Below, piece after piece: positions 9,788 through 21,682 of a DNA stretch of 64,000 bases. The notes under the pieces were generated by a model that saw nothing but the letters and a program-made list of their open reading frames with translations, searched no databases and was not told where the DNA came from. The DNA is taken from the NCBI GenBank assembly GCA_050261235.1, contig JBLNDB010000092.1, forward strand, positions 18,833 to 82,832. The letters run 5' to 3'. The stretch's first letter is position 1; every line of letters starts with the position of its first letter. The position numbers and the translations under genes were made by a program. Origin of the DNA: Chloroflexota bacterium. GTDB lineage: Bacteria > Bacillota > Sulfobacillia > JBFLWA01 > JBLNDB01.

Positions 9788-11139
9788 TGACAGTCACCAT
9801 CGTCGGCGCCGGACTGGCCGGCGCGGAGGCGGCGTGGCAGGTCGCCCGGCGGGGTGTGCCGGTCAGGCTCATCGAGATGCGCCCTCTCAAGACGACGCCG
9901 GCGCACCACACCGATCTGTTCGCTGAACTCGTCTGCAGCAATTCACTTCGCGCCGCTTCCCTCGACAACGCCGCCGGGTTGCTCAAGGAAGAACTCCGCC
10001 GGCTCGACTCGTTGATCATGCGGGTCGCAGACCGCACCCGGGTGCCGGCCGGGGGTGCTCAGGCGGTCGAGCGTGGCGCGTTCGCACGCGGTGTCACAGC
10101 CGAGCTCCGGAACCATCACCTGGTCAGCGTCGAGATCCGCGAAGTGGAGTCGCTGCCCACGTCCGGTCCGAGCATCATCGCCACCGGACCGCTGACATCG
10201 CCGTCTCTGGCGGCGGCAATCACCGACTTCACCGGTGAGCAGCATCTGAACTTCTTCGATGCCGCGGCTCCCATCGTCAGCGCGGACAGCATCGATCGGG
10301 GAGTTGTTTTCGCCGCCAGCCGTTATGGCAAGGGCGAGGCCGTCTATCTCAACTGCCCGATGACCAAAGACGAGTATGAGACCTTCCTCGCCGCGCTCAT
10401 CACCGCCGAGCGGGCCCTGCCGCACGACTTCGAGGCAGGGCCGCGCGAGCGCTACTTCGAAGGGTGCATGCCGATCGAAGCGATGGCCCGTCGCGGCCCC
10501 GACACGCTTCGCTTCGGCCCGCTGCGCCCGGTCGGGCTGACCGACCCGCGAACGGGGAAGCGACCGTATGCTGTGGTCCAACTGCGGCCCGAGAATCGCG
10601 AGCAGACGCTGTACAACCTCGTCGGTTTCCAGACCAGCCTCAAGTGGGGCGAACAGCGACGCGTCTTCCGCCTCATCCCCGGACTCGCCGGCGCCGAGTT
10701 CGAGCGGTACGGGGTCATGCACCGGAACACATACATCAACTCGCCGCGCATCCTGCTTCCGACCATGCAGACGCGCGCCAGGCCCGACCTGTTGTTCGCC
10801 GGGCAGCTGACCGGGGTTGAAGGGTACGTCGAGTCGACGGCTTCCGGTCTGGTCGCCGGCATCAATGCGGCGCGCCTGGAGCGTGGTGAGGGCCCGCTCA
10901 CGCCGCCGCGCGAGTCGGCCATCGGCGCGCTGTGCCACTACATCTGCGAGGCCGAGCCCGACTCCTTCCAGCCGATGAACGTCGCCTTCGGGCTGTTCCC
11001 GCCACTGCCGGAGCGCATCCGCAACAGGAACGAGAAAAAGCGGGCGCTGGCCGAGCGAGCGCTGGCGGCACTCGACGCCTACAGGCGCGAGGCGGAGCCT
11101 GCAGCCGCGGGGCCCAGGGAATTGTCTACTGACGTATGA
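9787..11139 (+). CDS. trmFO: Methylenetetrahydrofolate--tRNA-(uracil54-C5)-methyltransferase TrmFO (Gid)
   Basis: N-terminal FAD-binding [10 protein letters not shown] motif. Length and B. subtilis synteny (topA-gid-codV). Confidence 0.9.
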   Translation: MTVTIVGAGLAGAEAAWQVARRGVPVRLIEMRPLKTTPAHHTDLFAELVCSNSLRAASLDNAAGLLKEELRRLDSLIMRVADRTRVPAGGAQAVERGAFARGVTAELRNHHLVSVEIREVESLPTSGPSIIATGPLTSPSLAAAITDFTGEQHLNFFDAAAPIVSADSIDRGVVFAASRYGKGEAVYLNCPMTKDEYETFLAALITAERALPHDFEAGPRERYFEGCMPIEAMARRGPDTLRFGPLRPVGLTDPRTGKRPYAVVQLRPENREQTLYNLVGFQTSLKWGEQRRVFRLIPGLAGAEFERYGVMHRNTYINSPRILLPTMQTRARPDLLFAGQLTGVEGYVESTASGLVAGINAARLERGEGPLTPPRESAIGALCHYICEAEPDSFQPMNVAFGLFPPLPERIRNRNEKKRALAERALAALDAYRREAEPAAAGPRELSTDV

Positions 11140-11157
11140 CAATTTTGAATTCACGCC

Positions 11158-11186
11158 TTGTCACGGCAACTCTGGCCATGTAGAAT
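11158..11186 (+). promoter_or_regulatory. Putative sigma-A promoter TTGTCA-17-TAGAAT upstream of xerC-hslVU-codY
   Basis: Near-consensus hexamers with a 17-nt spacer. Confidence 0.4.
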
Positions 11187-11190
11187 GAGT

Positions 11191-11222
11191 GGGGAGGGGC
11201 TCACCTCCCCGATTTCGTTTTT
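11191..11222 (+). terminator. Hairpin GGGGAGG-GGCTCA-CCTCCCC plus U-rich tail; either trmFO terminator or a leader attenuator for xerC
   Basis: 7-bp GC stem followed by GATTTCGTTTTT. It lies between the candidate promoter and the xerC start. Confidence 0.4.
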
Positions 11223-11236
11223 GCGGGGGTGCGGGC

Positions 11237-12133
11237 ATGGATGCGCTGATCGATGACTTCCTCCTCGCTCTCCGGACAGAGAAAGCGGCATCGCCGCATA
11301 CGATCGAGAGCTACAGCCTGGATCTCCGCCAGTTCCGCGAGTTCCTGGCCGGTCGCGGGGCCGCCGACCGGGCGGCAGTGCTGTCAGTCACCAACATCGT
11401 CATCCGCGAGTACCTCGCCAACATGCGCGCCGGCGGACACAGCAAGCGGACGATGGCCCGCAAACTGTCGGCCCTGCGCTCGTTCTACCGCTACCTGGTG
11501 GTGATCGGGCTGCTCGCGGACAATCCGGCCAAGGCCGTCGCCTCGCCAAAGCTTGAACGCAGACTGCCGCGCTTTCTCGACCAACCGGTGGTCGAGCGGC
11601 TGCTTGACCAGCCGGACACGTCAACACCGGCTGGCCTGCGCGACCGGGCGATTCTCGAAGTGCTGTACGGGTGCGGGCTGCGCGTGTCTGAAGCAGTCGG
11701 TCTTGACCTGTCCAGCGTCGACTACTCACTCGGCTATGTCAGAGCGTTCGGAAAGGGCCGAAAGGAGCGTCTGGTGCCGATCGGCAGCGATGCGCTCGCG
11801 GCGCTCGCGCGCTATCTCGACGGCGGCCGGCCCCATTTCGACCCCAAGGAGGGAGAGCGGGCGCTGTTCCTTAACCGCAGCGGCACCCGCCTCAGCGCCC
11901 GTGGTGTGATGCGCCTGCTCGACAAGTACGCTGCCCGCCTGGCACTGGCAGTCGACGTCTCACCGCACGTTCTCAGGCACACGTTCGCCACCCATCTGCT
12001 CGAAAACGGCGCCGACCTGCGTTCGGTGCAGGAGATGCTCGGCCACGAGAGCCTGTCGACGACCCAGATCTACACCCATGTCACGCGTACCAGGATGATG
12101 GACGTCTACAAGAAGGCCCATCCGCGAGCATAG
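11237..12133 (+). CDS. xerC: Tyrosine recombinase XerC (CodV)
   Basis: Start trimmed to [12 protein letters not shown] (ORF track 11189 would translate through the hairpin). C-terminal R..HxxR..Y catalytic motifs ([38 protein letters not shown]). Confidence 0.85.
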   Translation: MDALIDDFLLALRTEKAASPHTIESYSLDLRQFREFLAGRGAADRAAVLSVTNIVIREYLANMRAGGHSKRTMARKLSALRSFYRYLVVIGLLADNPAKAVASPKLERRLPRFLDQPVVERLLDQPDTSTPAGLRDRAILEVLYGCGLRVSEAVGLDLSSVDYSLGYVRAFGKGRKERLVPIGSDALAALARYLDGGRPHFDPKEGERALFLNRSGTRLSARGVMRLLDKYAARLALAVDVSPHVLRHTFATHLLENGADLRSVQEMLGHESLSTTQIYTHVTRTRMMDVYKKAHPRA

Positions 12134-12143
12134 GAGGGACCCG

Positions 12144-12671
12144 ATGTTTCACGCCACCACCATCGTTGGCGTCGTTCGCGACGGCAAGGTCGCGCTGGCG
12201 GGCGACGGCCAGGTCACGACCGGTAACACGGTCATGAAGGCCGATGCGCGCAAAGTACGGCGCCTGTTCGGCGACAAGGTCCTGGCCGGCTTTGCCGGCT
12301 CGGTCGCCGATGCCTTCACTCTGTTCGAGAAGTTCGAGGCCAAGCTGGAGGAGTATCATGGCAACCTGGGGCGGGCAGCGGTCGAACTGGCCAAGGACTG
12401 GCGATCCGACCGGGTCCTGCGGCGTCTTGAGGCGATGCTGCTGGTGGCCGACCGCGAACGGATGTTGGTCATCTCGGGCAATGGTGATCTGATCGAGCCC
12501 GAGGACGGCGTCACGGCGATCGGCTCGGGTGGCCCGTACGCTCTCGCGGCTGCGCGGGCGCTGCTCAGCGAAACCACCCTGCCGGCTGCCGCCATCGCCA
12601 GACGGGCATTGGAGATCGCGGCTGACATCTGTATCTACACCAATCGCCAGATTACTGTCGAGGAGCTCTAG
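12144..12671 (+). CDS. hslV: ATP-dependent protease subunit HslV (ClpQ/CodW)
   Basis: [10 protein letters not shown]... is closely alignable to B. subtilis CodW ([23 protein letters not shown]). Confidence 0.95.
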   Translation: MFHATTIVGVVRDGKVALAGDGQVTTGNTVMKADARKVRRLFGDKVLAGFAGSVADAFTLFEKFEAKLEEYHGNLGRAAVELAKDWRSDRVLRRLEAMLLVADRERMLVISGNGDLIEPEDGVTAIGSGGPYALAAARALLSETTLPAAAIARRALEIAADICIYTNRQITVEEL

Positions 12672-12682
12672 GAGGCGGTGTC

Positions 12683-14092
<1,410 letters not shown>

Positions 14093-14134
14093 TACCGCGG
14101 CGCGAGAAACAGCAAGGGACAGGGGGATGAGGGC

Positions 14135-14911
14135 ATGAAGACACTGCTCGAGAAAACGAGAAGAATCAACAAACTGCTCCAGAAGTCCGGGCATGCCGTC
14201 GACTTCACCGAGATGGCCTCAGTGCTGAGCGAACTGATTTCGGCCAACATCTATGTCGTGGGCAAGCGTGGCAAAGTGCTTGGCTATGCGCTCCAGGGCG
14301 AGTTCGAGTGCGAGATCATGCGCGATGAGGTGCTGCGCAACGAGCGCTTCCCCGCGGATTACGCCGACAGCCTGCTGCGCGTCAACGAGACGACACCGAA
14401 CACCTGCCAGGAGAACCAGATGTGCGCCTTCAAACGGGGCGAGAAGTGTCTCTTCCAGGATAAGCTGACAACGCTTGTGCCGGTCAATGGCGGCGGCGAG
14501 CGGCTGGGGACGCTGATTCTGGCCCGCTTCCGGCAGCCATTCACGGACGAGGACCTGATCCTCGCCGAGTATGGTGCGACGGTAGTCGGCATGGAGATCC
14601 TGCATTCGAAGGCTGACAAGATCGAGGAGGATGCGCGCAAGAAGGCGGCCGTCCAGGTTGCTCTCGGCACGCTCTCCTACTCGGAGCTTGAGGCCGTCCA
14701 GCACATCTTCGACGAGCTGGAGGGGAGCGAAGGTCTGCTCGTCGCGTCCAAGATCGCCGACCGGGTCGGTATCACGCGCTCAGTCATCGTCAATGCGCTG
14801 CGCAAGTTCGAGAGCGCCGGCGTCATCGAATCGCGCTCGCTTGGCATGAAGGGTACTCACATCAAGGTGCTGAACGACCGGCTGGTCGAGGAGCTGCGCA
14901 AGCTCCGCTGA
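14135..14911 (+). CDS. codY: GTP-sensing pleiotropic transcriptional repressor CodY
   Basis: Near-colinear with B. subtilis CodY, including the C-terminal [24 protein letters not shown]. Confidence 0.95.
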   Translation: MKTLLEKTRRINKLLQKSGHAVDFTEMASVLSELISANIYVVGKRGKVLGYALQGEFECEIMRDEVLRNERFPADYADSLLRVNETTPNTCQENQMCAFKRGEKCLFQDKLTTLVPVNGGGERLGTLILARFRQPFTDEDLILAEYGATVVGMEILHSKADKIEEDARKKAAVQVALGTLSYSELEAVQHIFDELEGSEGLLVASKIADRVGITRSVIVNALRKFESAGVIESRSLGMKGTHIKVLNDRLVEELRKLR

Positions 14912-14929
14912 TAGACGAAGATCATCATC

Positions 14930-14962
14930 GACGGCGGCGCGCTGCACCGCCGTCTTTGTGTT
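14930..14962 (+). terminator. Intrinsic terminator after codY
   Basis: GACGGCGG-loop-CCGCCGTC followed by TTTGTGTT. Confidence 0.55.
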
Positions 14963-15034
14963 GCGTCCCTTGCCAGTCATATCCACTCCGGCAGCGGCAA
15001 TAATAGGTTAACCGAGACATGCCGGAAGGGACGG

Positions 15035-15565
15035 ATGACTTTGGCGGACTCCGGGCTCAGGCGCCAGTTTCTCAGTGGCCTGATCGTCGGTGTGATCCTG
15101 ACGCTCTCACTGCTTGCCGGCGGTGCCACGGTCATCACGCGCCGCGGCGTCAGCGTCAGCGTCGACATCGAGCCGGTTGCGCTGATGGTCCGCGAGCAAG
15201 TGACGGCCGAGGCGCAGCGCAGCCTGCCGCAGTTCGTGTCCGAGATGGAGGCTCGCGTGCCGGAGATGGTCGCAACGGAAATGGCGCAGCGCATGCGGGC
15301 AGCCGCCAGCTTCAGCATGGCCGATTTTACGTTCGACCTGCCGGACAGCGTGACGGCGATGATTCAGGAGCGGCTGCAGGCCATCGTCGAAGACATCATC
15401 TATGAGTGCTTTGCCATGTTCGATACCGACTTGGCGGCTGCGCAACTCGGGGATCAGGCGTATGAGCTGGTGAAGACATCGATCGCCAGCGAAGCCTCCG
15501 AGCTGGCCCTGCAATATAGGCTGTTCGGCCGGCTGCCCCTGCCGGTGACGCTGAACTTCCGTTGA
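15035..15565 (+). CDS. Hypothetical membrane-anchored protein
   Basis: N-terminal TM (LSGLIVGVILTLSLLAGGA), protein-like composition, and GGAAGGG upstream. No recognisable homolog. Confidence 0.4.
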   Translation: MTLADSGLRRQFLSGLIVGVILTLSLLAGGATVITRRGVSVSVDIEPVALMVREQVTAEAQRSLPQFVSEMEARVPEMVATEMAQRMRAAASFSMADFTFDLPDSVTAMIQERLQAIVEDIIYECFAMFDTDLAAAQLGDQAYELVKTSIASEASELALQYRLFGRLPLPVTLNFR

Positions 15566-15584
15566 CCGCGCGCTGGTCGGCTTG

Positions 15585-15613
15585 TTGCTAAGGCGCACCA
15601 GTTGTGGTATACT
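15585..15613 (+). promoter_or_regulatory. Putative sigma-A promoter TTGCTA-17-TGgTATACT for rpsB-tsf
   Basis: Hexamers with an extended -10 TG, about 125 nt upstream of rpsB. Confidence 0.4.
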
Positions 15614-15736
15614 ATGCGACGGTGTCCACTACACACGCTGTTCGATCCGCTGGCTGGTGCCAGGCAGATGCCGGGCTTCCGGCGGAGATGAGAGCAGCGG
15701 CGGACCGAAAACCACAGGAGGGGGTGAACCAGAACA

Positions 15737-16516
15737 ATGGCTGTCATTTCCATGAAGCAGCTCCTCGAAGCCGGCGTTCACTTTGGTCATCAGACTCGGC
15801 GTTGGAACCCGAAGATGGCTCAGTACATCTTCACCGAACGGAACGGAATCTACATCATCGACCTGCAGAAGACCGTCCGCAAGGTCGATGAGGCGTACGA
15901 GGCCGTCCGCCGGATCGCCGGCGAGGGTGGCAACATCCTGTTCGTCGGCACCAAGAAGCAGGCGCAGGAGGCCGTCCAGGAAGAAGCCCTGCGTTGCGGC
16001 ATGTACTACGTCAACCAGCGTTGGCTCGGCGGCATGCTGACCAACTTCTCGACCATCAAGCGCCGCATTCAGCGCCTGCAGGAACTCGTCCGCATTGAAG
16101 AAGAGGGCGACAACGGGAAGCTGACCAAGAAGGAACTCGCCAGCCTCGCGCACGAGCGCGAACGCCTCGAGAAGTTCCTCGGCGGCATCAAGGACATGAA
16201 GGACCTGCCGACCGCGCTGTTCATCGTCGATCCGCGCAAGGAGCGGATTGCAGTCGCTGAGGCGCGCAAGCTGAACATCCCGATTGTCGCCATCGTCGAT
16301 ACGAACTGCGACCCGGATGAGATCGACTACGTCATCCCGGGCAACGACGACGCAATCCGGGCCGTCCGCCTGCTTACCGCCAAAATGGCCGACGCGGTCA
16401 TCGAAGGCCGGCAGATGTCGAAGGACGTTCAGCCTGAGACTGTTCCCACCGAGGCAGTGACTGCTGAGGTCGCGGACGTGGATGAGGCTGACGCGAACGA
16501 ACAACCGGCTCGCTAG
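15737..16516 (+). CDS. rpsB: 30S ribosomal protein S2
   Basis: [27 protein letters not shown] is a canonical S2 N-terminus. Confidence 0.95.
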   Translation: MAVISMKQLLEAGVHFGHQTRRWNPKMAQYIFTERNGIYIIDLQKTVRKVDEAYEAVRRIAGEGGNILFVGTKKQAQEAVQEEALRCGMYYVNQRWLGGMLTNFSTIKRRIQRLQELVRIEEEGDNGKLTKKELASLAHERERLEKFLGGIKDMKDLPTALFIVDPRKERIAVAEARKLNIPIVAIVDTNCDPDEIDYVIPGNDDAIRAVRLLTAKMADAVIEGRQMSKDVQPETVPTEAVTAEVADVDEADANEQPAR

Positions 16517-16522
16517 CAAGCT

Positions 16523-16567
16523 GGGGTAAGGGTGGCGCGAGCATACCCTTACCCTGTCTTTGTCTCT
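16523..16567 (+). promoter_or_regulatory. rpsB-tsf intergenic stem-loop (attenuator/partial terminator)
   Basis: GGGGTAAGGGT-11 nt loop-ACCCTTACCC followed by TGTCTTTGTCTCT. Confidence 0.4.
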
Positions 16568-16627
16568 GGGTGCAGGCCGGAGCGGCCTTCATCGGGTGCT
16601 GTTTATCTCAAAAGGGGGCTTCATCAC

Positions 16628-17245
16628 TTGGCGATTACCACCGAACAGATCAAGGCATTGCGCGAAGCCACGGGCGCCGGCCCGCTGGACTGCAAGAAGG
16701 CACTTGAGCAGGCCAACGGCGACGCCGAGAAGGCGACCGTCATCCTCCGCGAGAAGGGCCTCGCGGTCGCGGCCAAGAAGGCCGGCCGGGCAGCCAGCGA
16801 CGGCATTATCGACTCGTATATCCACGCCGGCAGCCGCATGGGCGTAATCATCGAGGTCAACTGCGAGACCGACTTCGTCGCCCGGACGGACGCGTTCAAG
16901 GAGTTCGTCCATGAAGTGCTGCTGCAGATTGCCGCGATGAAGCCCGAGTTCGTCAGCCCTGAGGATGTCCCGGCTGACGTGCTCGAAGCCGAGAAGGCCG
17001 TCTATCGCGCCCAGGCTGAGAAGGAAGGCAAGCCGGCGCCGGTCGTCGAGAAGATGGTCGAGGGCCGCGTCCGCAAGTTCCTTGAGGAGAAGGTCCTGCT
17101 CGAGCAGGTCTGGGTCAAGGACGACAGCAAGAAGGTCAAGGACCTGCTCACCGCCGCCATCGCCAAGCTGGGCGAGAACATCAAGATCCGCCGCTTCGCC
17201 CGTTGGGAGATCGGCGAAGGCCAGAACAAGAACGAAGCCGAGTGA
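16628..17245 (+). CDS. tsf: Elongation factor Ts (short form)
   Basis: TTG start preceded by AAAGGGGGG. LAITTEQIKALREATGAGPLDCKKAL matches the EF-Ts N-terminus. The ORF-track start 16532 is too far upstream. Confidence 0.85.
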   Translation: MAITTEQIKALREATGAGPLDCKKALEQANGDAEKATVILREKGLAVAAKKAGRAASDGIIDSYIHAGSRMGVIIEVNCETDFVARTDAFKEFVHEVLLQIAAMKPEFVSPEDVPADVLEAEKAVYRAQAEKEGKPAPVVEKMVEGRVRKFLEEKVLLEQVWVKDDSKKVKDLLTAAIAKLGENIKIRRFARWEIGEGQNKNEAE

Positions 17246-17281
17246 CCCGGATTCGGGGATCTCGGACGATGATCCCGGGAG

Positions 17282-17310
17282 CCCGCCGGCATATCGCCGG
17301 CGGGTTGTGG
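17282..17310 (+). terminator. Hairpin after tsf (CCCGCCGGC-ATATC-GCCGGCGGG) with a weak U tail
   Basis: 9-bp GC stem followed by TTGTGG. Confidence 0.35.
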
Positions 17311-17358
17311 CAAAGAGGAGTTGTTCGGCTGGGCGCAGAAACAGGGTGAGGGGGGCTC

Positions 17359-18087
17359 TTGATGGCCGACATCCGTCCGAAGTACCGCCGAGTCGTGCTC
17401 AAGCTGTCGGGTGAGATGCTCGCCGGGACAGCCGGCCATGGCGTCGATCCGCAGATGCTTGCCAGTGTCTGCAGCCAGCTCAAGGAAGTCCACGAACTGG
17501 GGACAGAGCTGGCGATTGTCATTGGCGGCGGCAACATCTGGCGGGGCGTTTCCGGCGCGAGTCAGGGGATGGACCGGGCGACTGCCGACTACATGGGCAT
17601 GCTCGCTACGGTCATCAACGCGCTCGCCGTCCAGGACGGCCTCGAGCGGATGGGCGTCGATACGCGCGTCCAGTCGGCGATCGAGATGCGCTCCGTGGCG
17701 GAACCGTACATCAGAAGAAAGGCAATGCGCCACCTTGAGAAGGGACGCGTCGTCATCTTCGCGGCCGGCACTGGGAGCCCGTTCTTCAGCACCGACACCG
17801 TAGCGGCGTTGCGCGCCGCCGAGATCGGCGCCGAAGTGTACCTCAAAGCCACCAAGGAAGATGGCATCTACGACAGCGATCCACGCAAGAACCCGGCCGC
17901 CAGGCTCCTGCGCGAGCTCTCCTATATGGAAGTCCTTCGCCTCGGGCTGAAGGCCATGGACGCCACTGCCACGTCACTCTGCCTCGAGAACCATATCCCG
18001 ATGATCGTCTTCAACCTCTCTCAGGAAGGCAATATCCGCCGCGCAATCATGGGAGAGCCGATCGGCACACTCGTCAGGGGGGACTGA
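17359..18087 (+). CDS. pyrH: UMP kinase
   Basis: [11 protein letters not shown]...[11 protein letters not shown] amino-acid-kinase motifs. Synteny tsf-pyrH-frr. Confidence 0.95.
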   Translation: MMADIRPKYRRVVLKLSGEMLAGTAGHGVDPQMLASVCSQLKEVHELGTELAIVIGGGNIWRGVSGASQGMDRATADYMGMLATVINALAVQDGLERMGVDTRVQSAIEMRSVAEPYIRRKAMRHLEKGRVVIFAAGTGSPFFSTDTVAALRAAEIGAEVYLKATKEDGIYDSDPRKNPAARLLRELSYMEVLRLGLKAMDATATSLCLENHIPMIVFNLSQEGNIRRAIMGEPIGTLVRGD

Positions 18088-18088
18088 A

Positions 18089-18646
18089 ATGGTCAAGGAT
18101 GTCCTGAAAGAATGCGAAGACCGGATGAAGAAGACCGTCGAGCTGTTCCGCAAGGATCTCTCCGGCCTGCGCGCCGGGCGTGCCACGCCGGCATTGGTCG
18201 AGAAGATCAGCGTTGAGTACTATGGTACGCCCACGCCGATCAACCAGATGGCGAACATCTCGGTTCCCGAGGCGCGCCTGCTGGCCATCCAGCCGTGGGA
18301 CAAGACCCAGATCCAGAACATCAGCAAGGCGATCCAGAAGTCGGAGCTTGGCATCACGCCGCAGAGCGACGGCACGGTGATCCGCCTTGTCGTGCCGCAA
18401 CTGACTCAGGAACGTCGCCAGGATCTCGTCAAGGTCGTGCGAAAGAAAGCGGAGGAAGAGAAAGTCGCCATCCGCAACGTTCGTCGCGATTGCATCGAGA
18501 TGCTGAAGACGTTCGAGAAGGACAGCGACATCACTGAGGACGAATCCCGCAAGGGGCAGGAAGACGTGCAGAAGCTCACTGACAAGTACGTCAAGGAGAT
18601 CGATCATGTCGCCGAACTCAAAGAGAAGGAGATCATGGAAGTCTAG
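18089..18646 (+). CDS. frr: Ribosome recycling factor
   Basis: 185 aa with the typical RRF N-terminus and conserved arginines. Confidence 0.95.
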   Translation: MVKDVLKECEDRMKKTVELFRKDLSGLRAGRATPALVEKISVEYYGTPTPINQMANISVPEARLLAIQPWDKTQIQNISKAIQKSELGITPQSDGTVIRLVVPQLTQERRQDLVKVVRKKAEEEKVAIRNVRRDCIEMLKTFEKDSDITEDESRKGQEDVQKLTDKYVKEIDHVAELKEKEIMEV

Positions 18647-18655
18647 TCGACGGGG

Positions 18656-18901
18656 GTGGCCGACTTGGACAGTGATCTTGAGCCCACGCGACTGACCGGT
18701 ATGACCCTGCAGGCTGCTCGCGCCTGGCTGTCCGCCAGAGGATTGCCGGTGGTGGCCGAGGTCGAAGTCAGACCGCCTGGTGAATGCGCTGGCAGCGGCG
18801 AGCGACGGGTCATCAGGACCGCGGCCAATGCGTCAGGCGTGCGTGTCTATTACGCCCACCGGACATACTGTCGCAATGCGCCCGGGAAAACAACAGAGTG
18901 A
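18656..18901 (+). CDS. Small hypothetical ORF with weak PASTA-like segment
   Basis: 81-aa ORF between frr and uppS with a LTGMTLQAARAWLSARGLPV segment. Weak RBS and mixed GC3; it may be non-coding. Confidence 0.25.
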   Translation: MADLDSDLEPTRLTGMTLQAARAWLSARGLPVVAEVEVRPPGECAGSGERRVIRTAANASGVRVYYAHRTYCRNAPGKTTE

Positions 18902-18958
18902 TTTGTCGAACCCCCTCGTCTAACCGGGGGGTTCATTGCTAGTGAGAGGTGTGATACG

Positions 18959-19690
18959 ATGTCGGAGGCGACAGCGCAGAATCTGCCGCGTCACGTGGCA
19001 ATCATCATGGATGGCAATGGGCGATGGGCGAGACGACGGGGCCTGCCGCGCGCTCTCGGCCACCGTGCGGGCGTCAAGGCGCTGCATGATGTTGTCAGGG
19101 CCGCGGTCGATCTCGGTATCGAGGTGCTGACGCTGTACGCGTTCTCGACCGAGAACTGGCGTCGACCGAAGGCGGAAGTCGACGAACTGATGCGGCTTCT
19201 GGTCGAGTTCGTCGACCGCGACCTGCCGACGCTGACGCGTGAAGGCGCGCACATCCGCATCGTGGGTGACCGAAATCAACTGACGCCCGAGGTTCTCGCG
19301 GCCATCGACCGGGCCGAGCAGGCAACGGTCGCGAACGAGCGCATGGACCTGGTCATCGCCCTGAACTACGGTGGCCGGCAGGAGATCGTCGATGCCGCGC
19401 GCAGGCTCGCCGCCCGCGCGGTAGCCGGCAGCATCAAGCCGGAGGCGATCGATGAGGACACGCTGGCGGGCGAGTTGCTCACCGCGGGTCTGCCCGATGT
19501 CGATCTGCTGATCAGACCGGGGGCGGAGAAGCGACTGTCGAATTTCCTGCTCTGGCAGTGCGCCTACGCCGAGCTTTACTTCCTCGATGTTCTCTGGCCG
19601 GACTTCGGTGCCAGCGATCTTCGGGAAGCGATCAAGTACTACCAGTCGCGCGAGCGCCGGTTCGGCGGCCTTGGCGACGGGAGCAGCTAG
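18959..19690 (+). CDS. uppS: Undecaprenyl diphosphate synthase
   Basis: HVAIIMDGNGRWA and FSTENWRRP motifs. Confidence 0.95.
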   Translation: MSEATAQNLPRHVAIIMDGNGRWARRRGLPRALGHRAGVKALHDVVRAAVDLGIEVLTLYAFSTENWRRPKAEVDELMRLLVEFVDRDLPTLTREGAHIRIVGDRNQLTPEVLAAIDRAEQATVANERMDLVIALNYGGRQEIVDAARRLAARAVAGSIKPEAIDEDTLAGELLTAGLPDVDLLIRPGAEKRLSNFLLWQCAYAELYFLDVLWPDFGASDLREAIKYYQSRERRFGGLGDGSS

Positions 19691-19703
19691 GGAGGGACCG
19701 ACA

Positions 19704-20483
19704 ATGCTGGCGCAGCGGGTCATGGCCGCCCTGATCGGCGCTCCGCTCCTGCTTGCTCTGGCCTATGCCGGTGGTTGGTGGTTTGTGGCTTGCATCGCAC
19801 TGCTCGCAACGGTTGCGTGGCATGAACTGACCAGCATGCTTGCAGCGCGCGAGATTCGCCCGAGCCGTGCCCTTGGCTACGCTGCCGTGCTCGCCTTCGT
19901 TGGCACGGCCCGCGTGCCCTCGCTGGGACTCGCGGCCGGCGTAACTGTGGCGATGGTCCTCATCTCGCTGGCTCAGGTTGTCCTCAGCGCCGGGCGGCTC
20001 TCGTTCGGCGACGCAGCCGCGACTGTGTTCGGCGCCACCTATGCCGGACTCTTGTTCGGCTTCGTCGTGCGTCTGCGCGAGCGCGGCTTCGCCCTGGTCG
20101 CGCTGGTGTTGGTCGTCACCTGGGCAGCGGACACGTTCGCCTATTTCGCCGGGCGGTCGTTCGGCAAGCACAAGCTGGCGCCGCGCATCAGCCCGAAGAA
20201 GTCAGTCGAGGGCGCCATCGGTGGCCTGACGGGAGCGTTGGTGGTCGGTGCCATCGCCGGACGGACGGCTGGCCTCACACCGGTCGCCGGGGCAACCATT
20301 GGCGCAGTGGCCGGCGTCATCAGCCCCCTCGGCGACCTGGCCGAGTCAGCCATCAAGCGCTGGTGCGGCGTCAAGGATTCGGGGGCAATCCTGCCGGGCC
20401 ATGGCGGGGTGCTGGACCGATTCGACAGCCTGCTGTTCGTGGCCCCTTGCGTATACTACCTGCTGCTCACACTCATACACTGA
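19704..20483 (+). CDS. cdsA: Phosphatidate cytidylyltransferase
   Basis: Start trimmed to MLAQRVMAAL with GGAGGG upstream. Multi-TM protein with the C-terminal CTP-transferase signature (KRWCGVKDSGAILPGHGGVLDRFDS). Confidence 0.9.
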   Translation: MLAQRVMAALIGAPLLLALAYAGGWWFVACIALLATVAWHELTSMLAAREIRPSRALGYAAVLAFVGTARVPSLGLAAGVTVAMVLISLAQVVLSAGRLSFGDAAATVFGATYAGLLFGFVVRLRERGFALVALVLVVTWAADTFAYFAGRSFGKHKLAPRISPKKSVEGAIGGLTGALVVGAIAGRTAGLTPVAGATIGAVAGVISPLGDLAESAIKRWCGVKDSGAILPGHGGVLDRFDSLLFVAPCVYYLLLTLIH

Positions 20484-20498
20484 TTGAAGGTGATTCCA

Positions 20499-21682
20499 TG
20501 CGGAAACGCGTGGTCGTCCTCGGCTCGACCGGGTCGATAGGCATGGCGGCGCTGGATGTGATCAGGCGCTTTCCCGGCGAGTTCCGGGTGGTTGGCCTGT
20601 CCGCCCATCGCGACGGCGCCAAATTGGCGGCTCAGGCCCGCGAGTTCAAGCCCGAGGCCGTTTGCCTGACCGACGAGAAGGCTGCTGTGACCCATGGGCC
20701 GGCACTGGCCAGGACCGCAACGGTCATGCTCGAAGGCGCTGACGGGATCGAGGCGCTTGCGGCCTGGCCGTCTGCCGACCTGGTCCTGAACGCTGTCGTC
20801 GGCCTGGCCGGTCTGCCGGCCAGTGTCGCGGCGCTGTCGCACGGGAAGACTATCGCTCTGGCAAACAAGGAATCACTCGTCGCTGCTGGGCGCCTGCTGA
20901 TGAACCTGGCCGAGGAACACGGCGGCAGCGTCATCCCGGTGGATAGCGAGCACAGCGCCATCTGGCAGTGCCTTGCTGCAGCCGCCGGCGCCAAACCGAC
21001 GCGGCTTGTCCTGACTGCCTCGGGCGGGCCGTTCTTCGGCCGCCGGCCCGAGGAACTGGCTCAGGTGACTCCGGAGCAGGCGTTGCGCCATCCGACCTGG
21101 CAGATGGGGCCGAAGGTCACCATCGACAGCGCTACCCTGATGAACAAGGGCTTCGAGGTGCTCGAGGCCGCCGCACTGTTCGATGTGCCGCTCGACTGCA
21201 TCGATGTCCTGATCCACCGGCAGAGTGCCGTCCACTCGATGATTCAGCTCGCGGACGGAGCCCTCATCGCTCAGATCGGCGCACCGGATATGCGCCTGCC
21301 AATCGCCTACGCGCTCAGCCACCCGCGCCGCCTCGCGGGCGATTGGCCGCGCCTCGACCTGTCGGAGTTGGGCGCGTTCACCTTCGCCAAGCCAAAGCCG
21401 GGCGAGTTCCCCTGCCTGGACCTGGCGTACATGGCCGGTAAGCGTGGCGGCGGCCTGCCAGCGGCGCTGACCGGCGCCGACGAAGTCGCCGTCGATGCAT
21501 TCCTGTCGCGGCGTCTCGCCTTTACGGACATCGCGCCGCTGCTGATCAAGGTCGCGGCGCGTTGTGAGCGCCTGCCGGGCGACACGATCGACGACATCAT
21601 CGCCGCCGGCGAGACAGGCCGGCGCGTCGCGCGCGAACTGCTGAGAGATTATACACCCCTTGGAATGGAGGCCTCCCGTTGA
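20499..21682 (+). CDS. dxr: 1-deoxy-D-xylulose 5-phosphate reductoisomerase
   Basis: MRKRVVVLGSTGSIGMAALDV NADPH-binding N-terminus. Start trimmed from 20363. Confidence 0.95.

Noticed and set aside
14963-15034. TTGCCA hexamer upstream of the hypothetical membrane-protein gene
   Set aside because: No acceptable -10 at 16-18 nt spacing.
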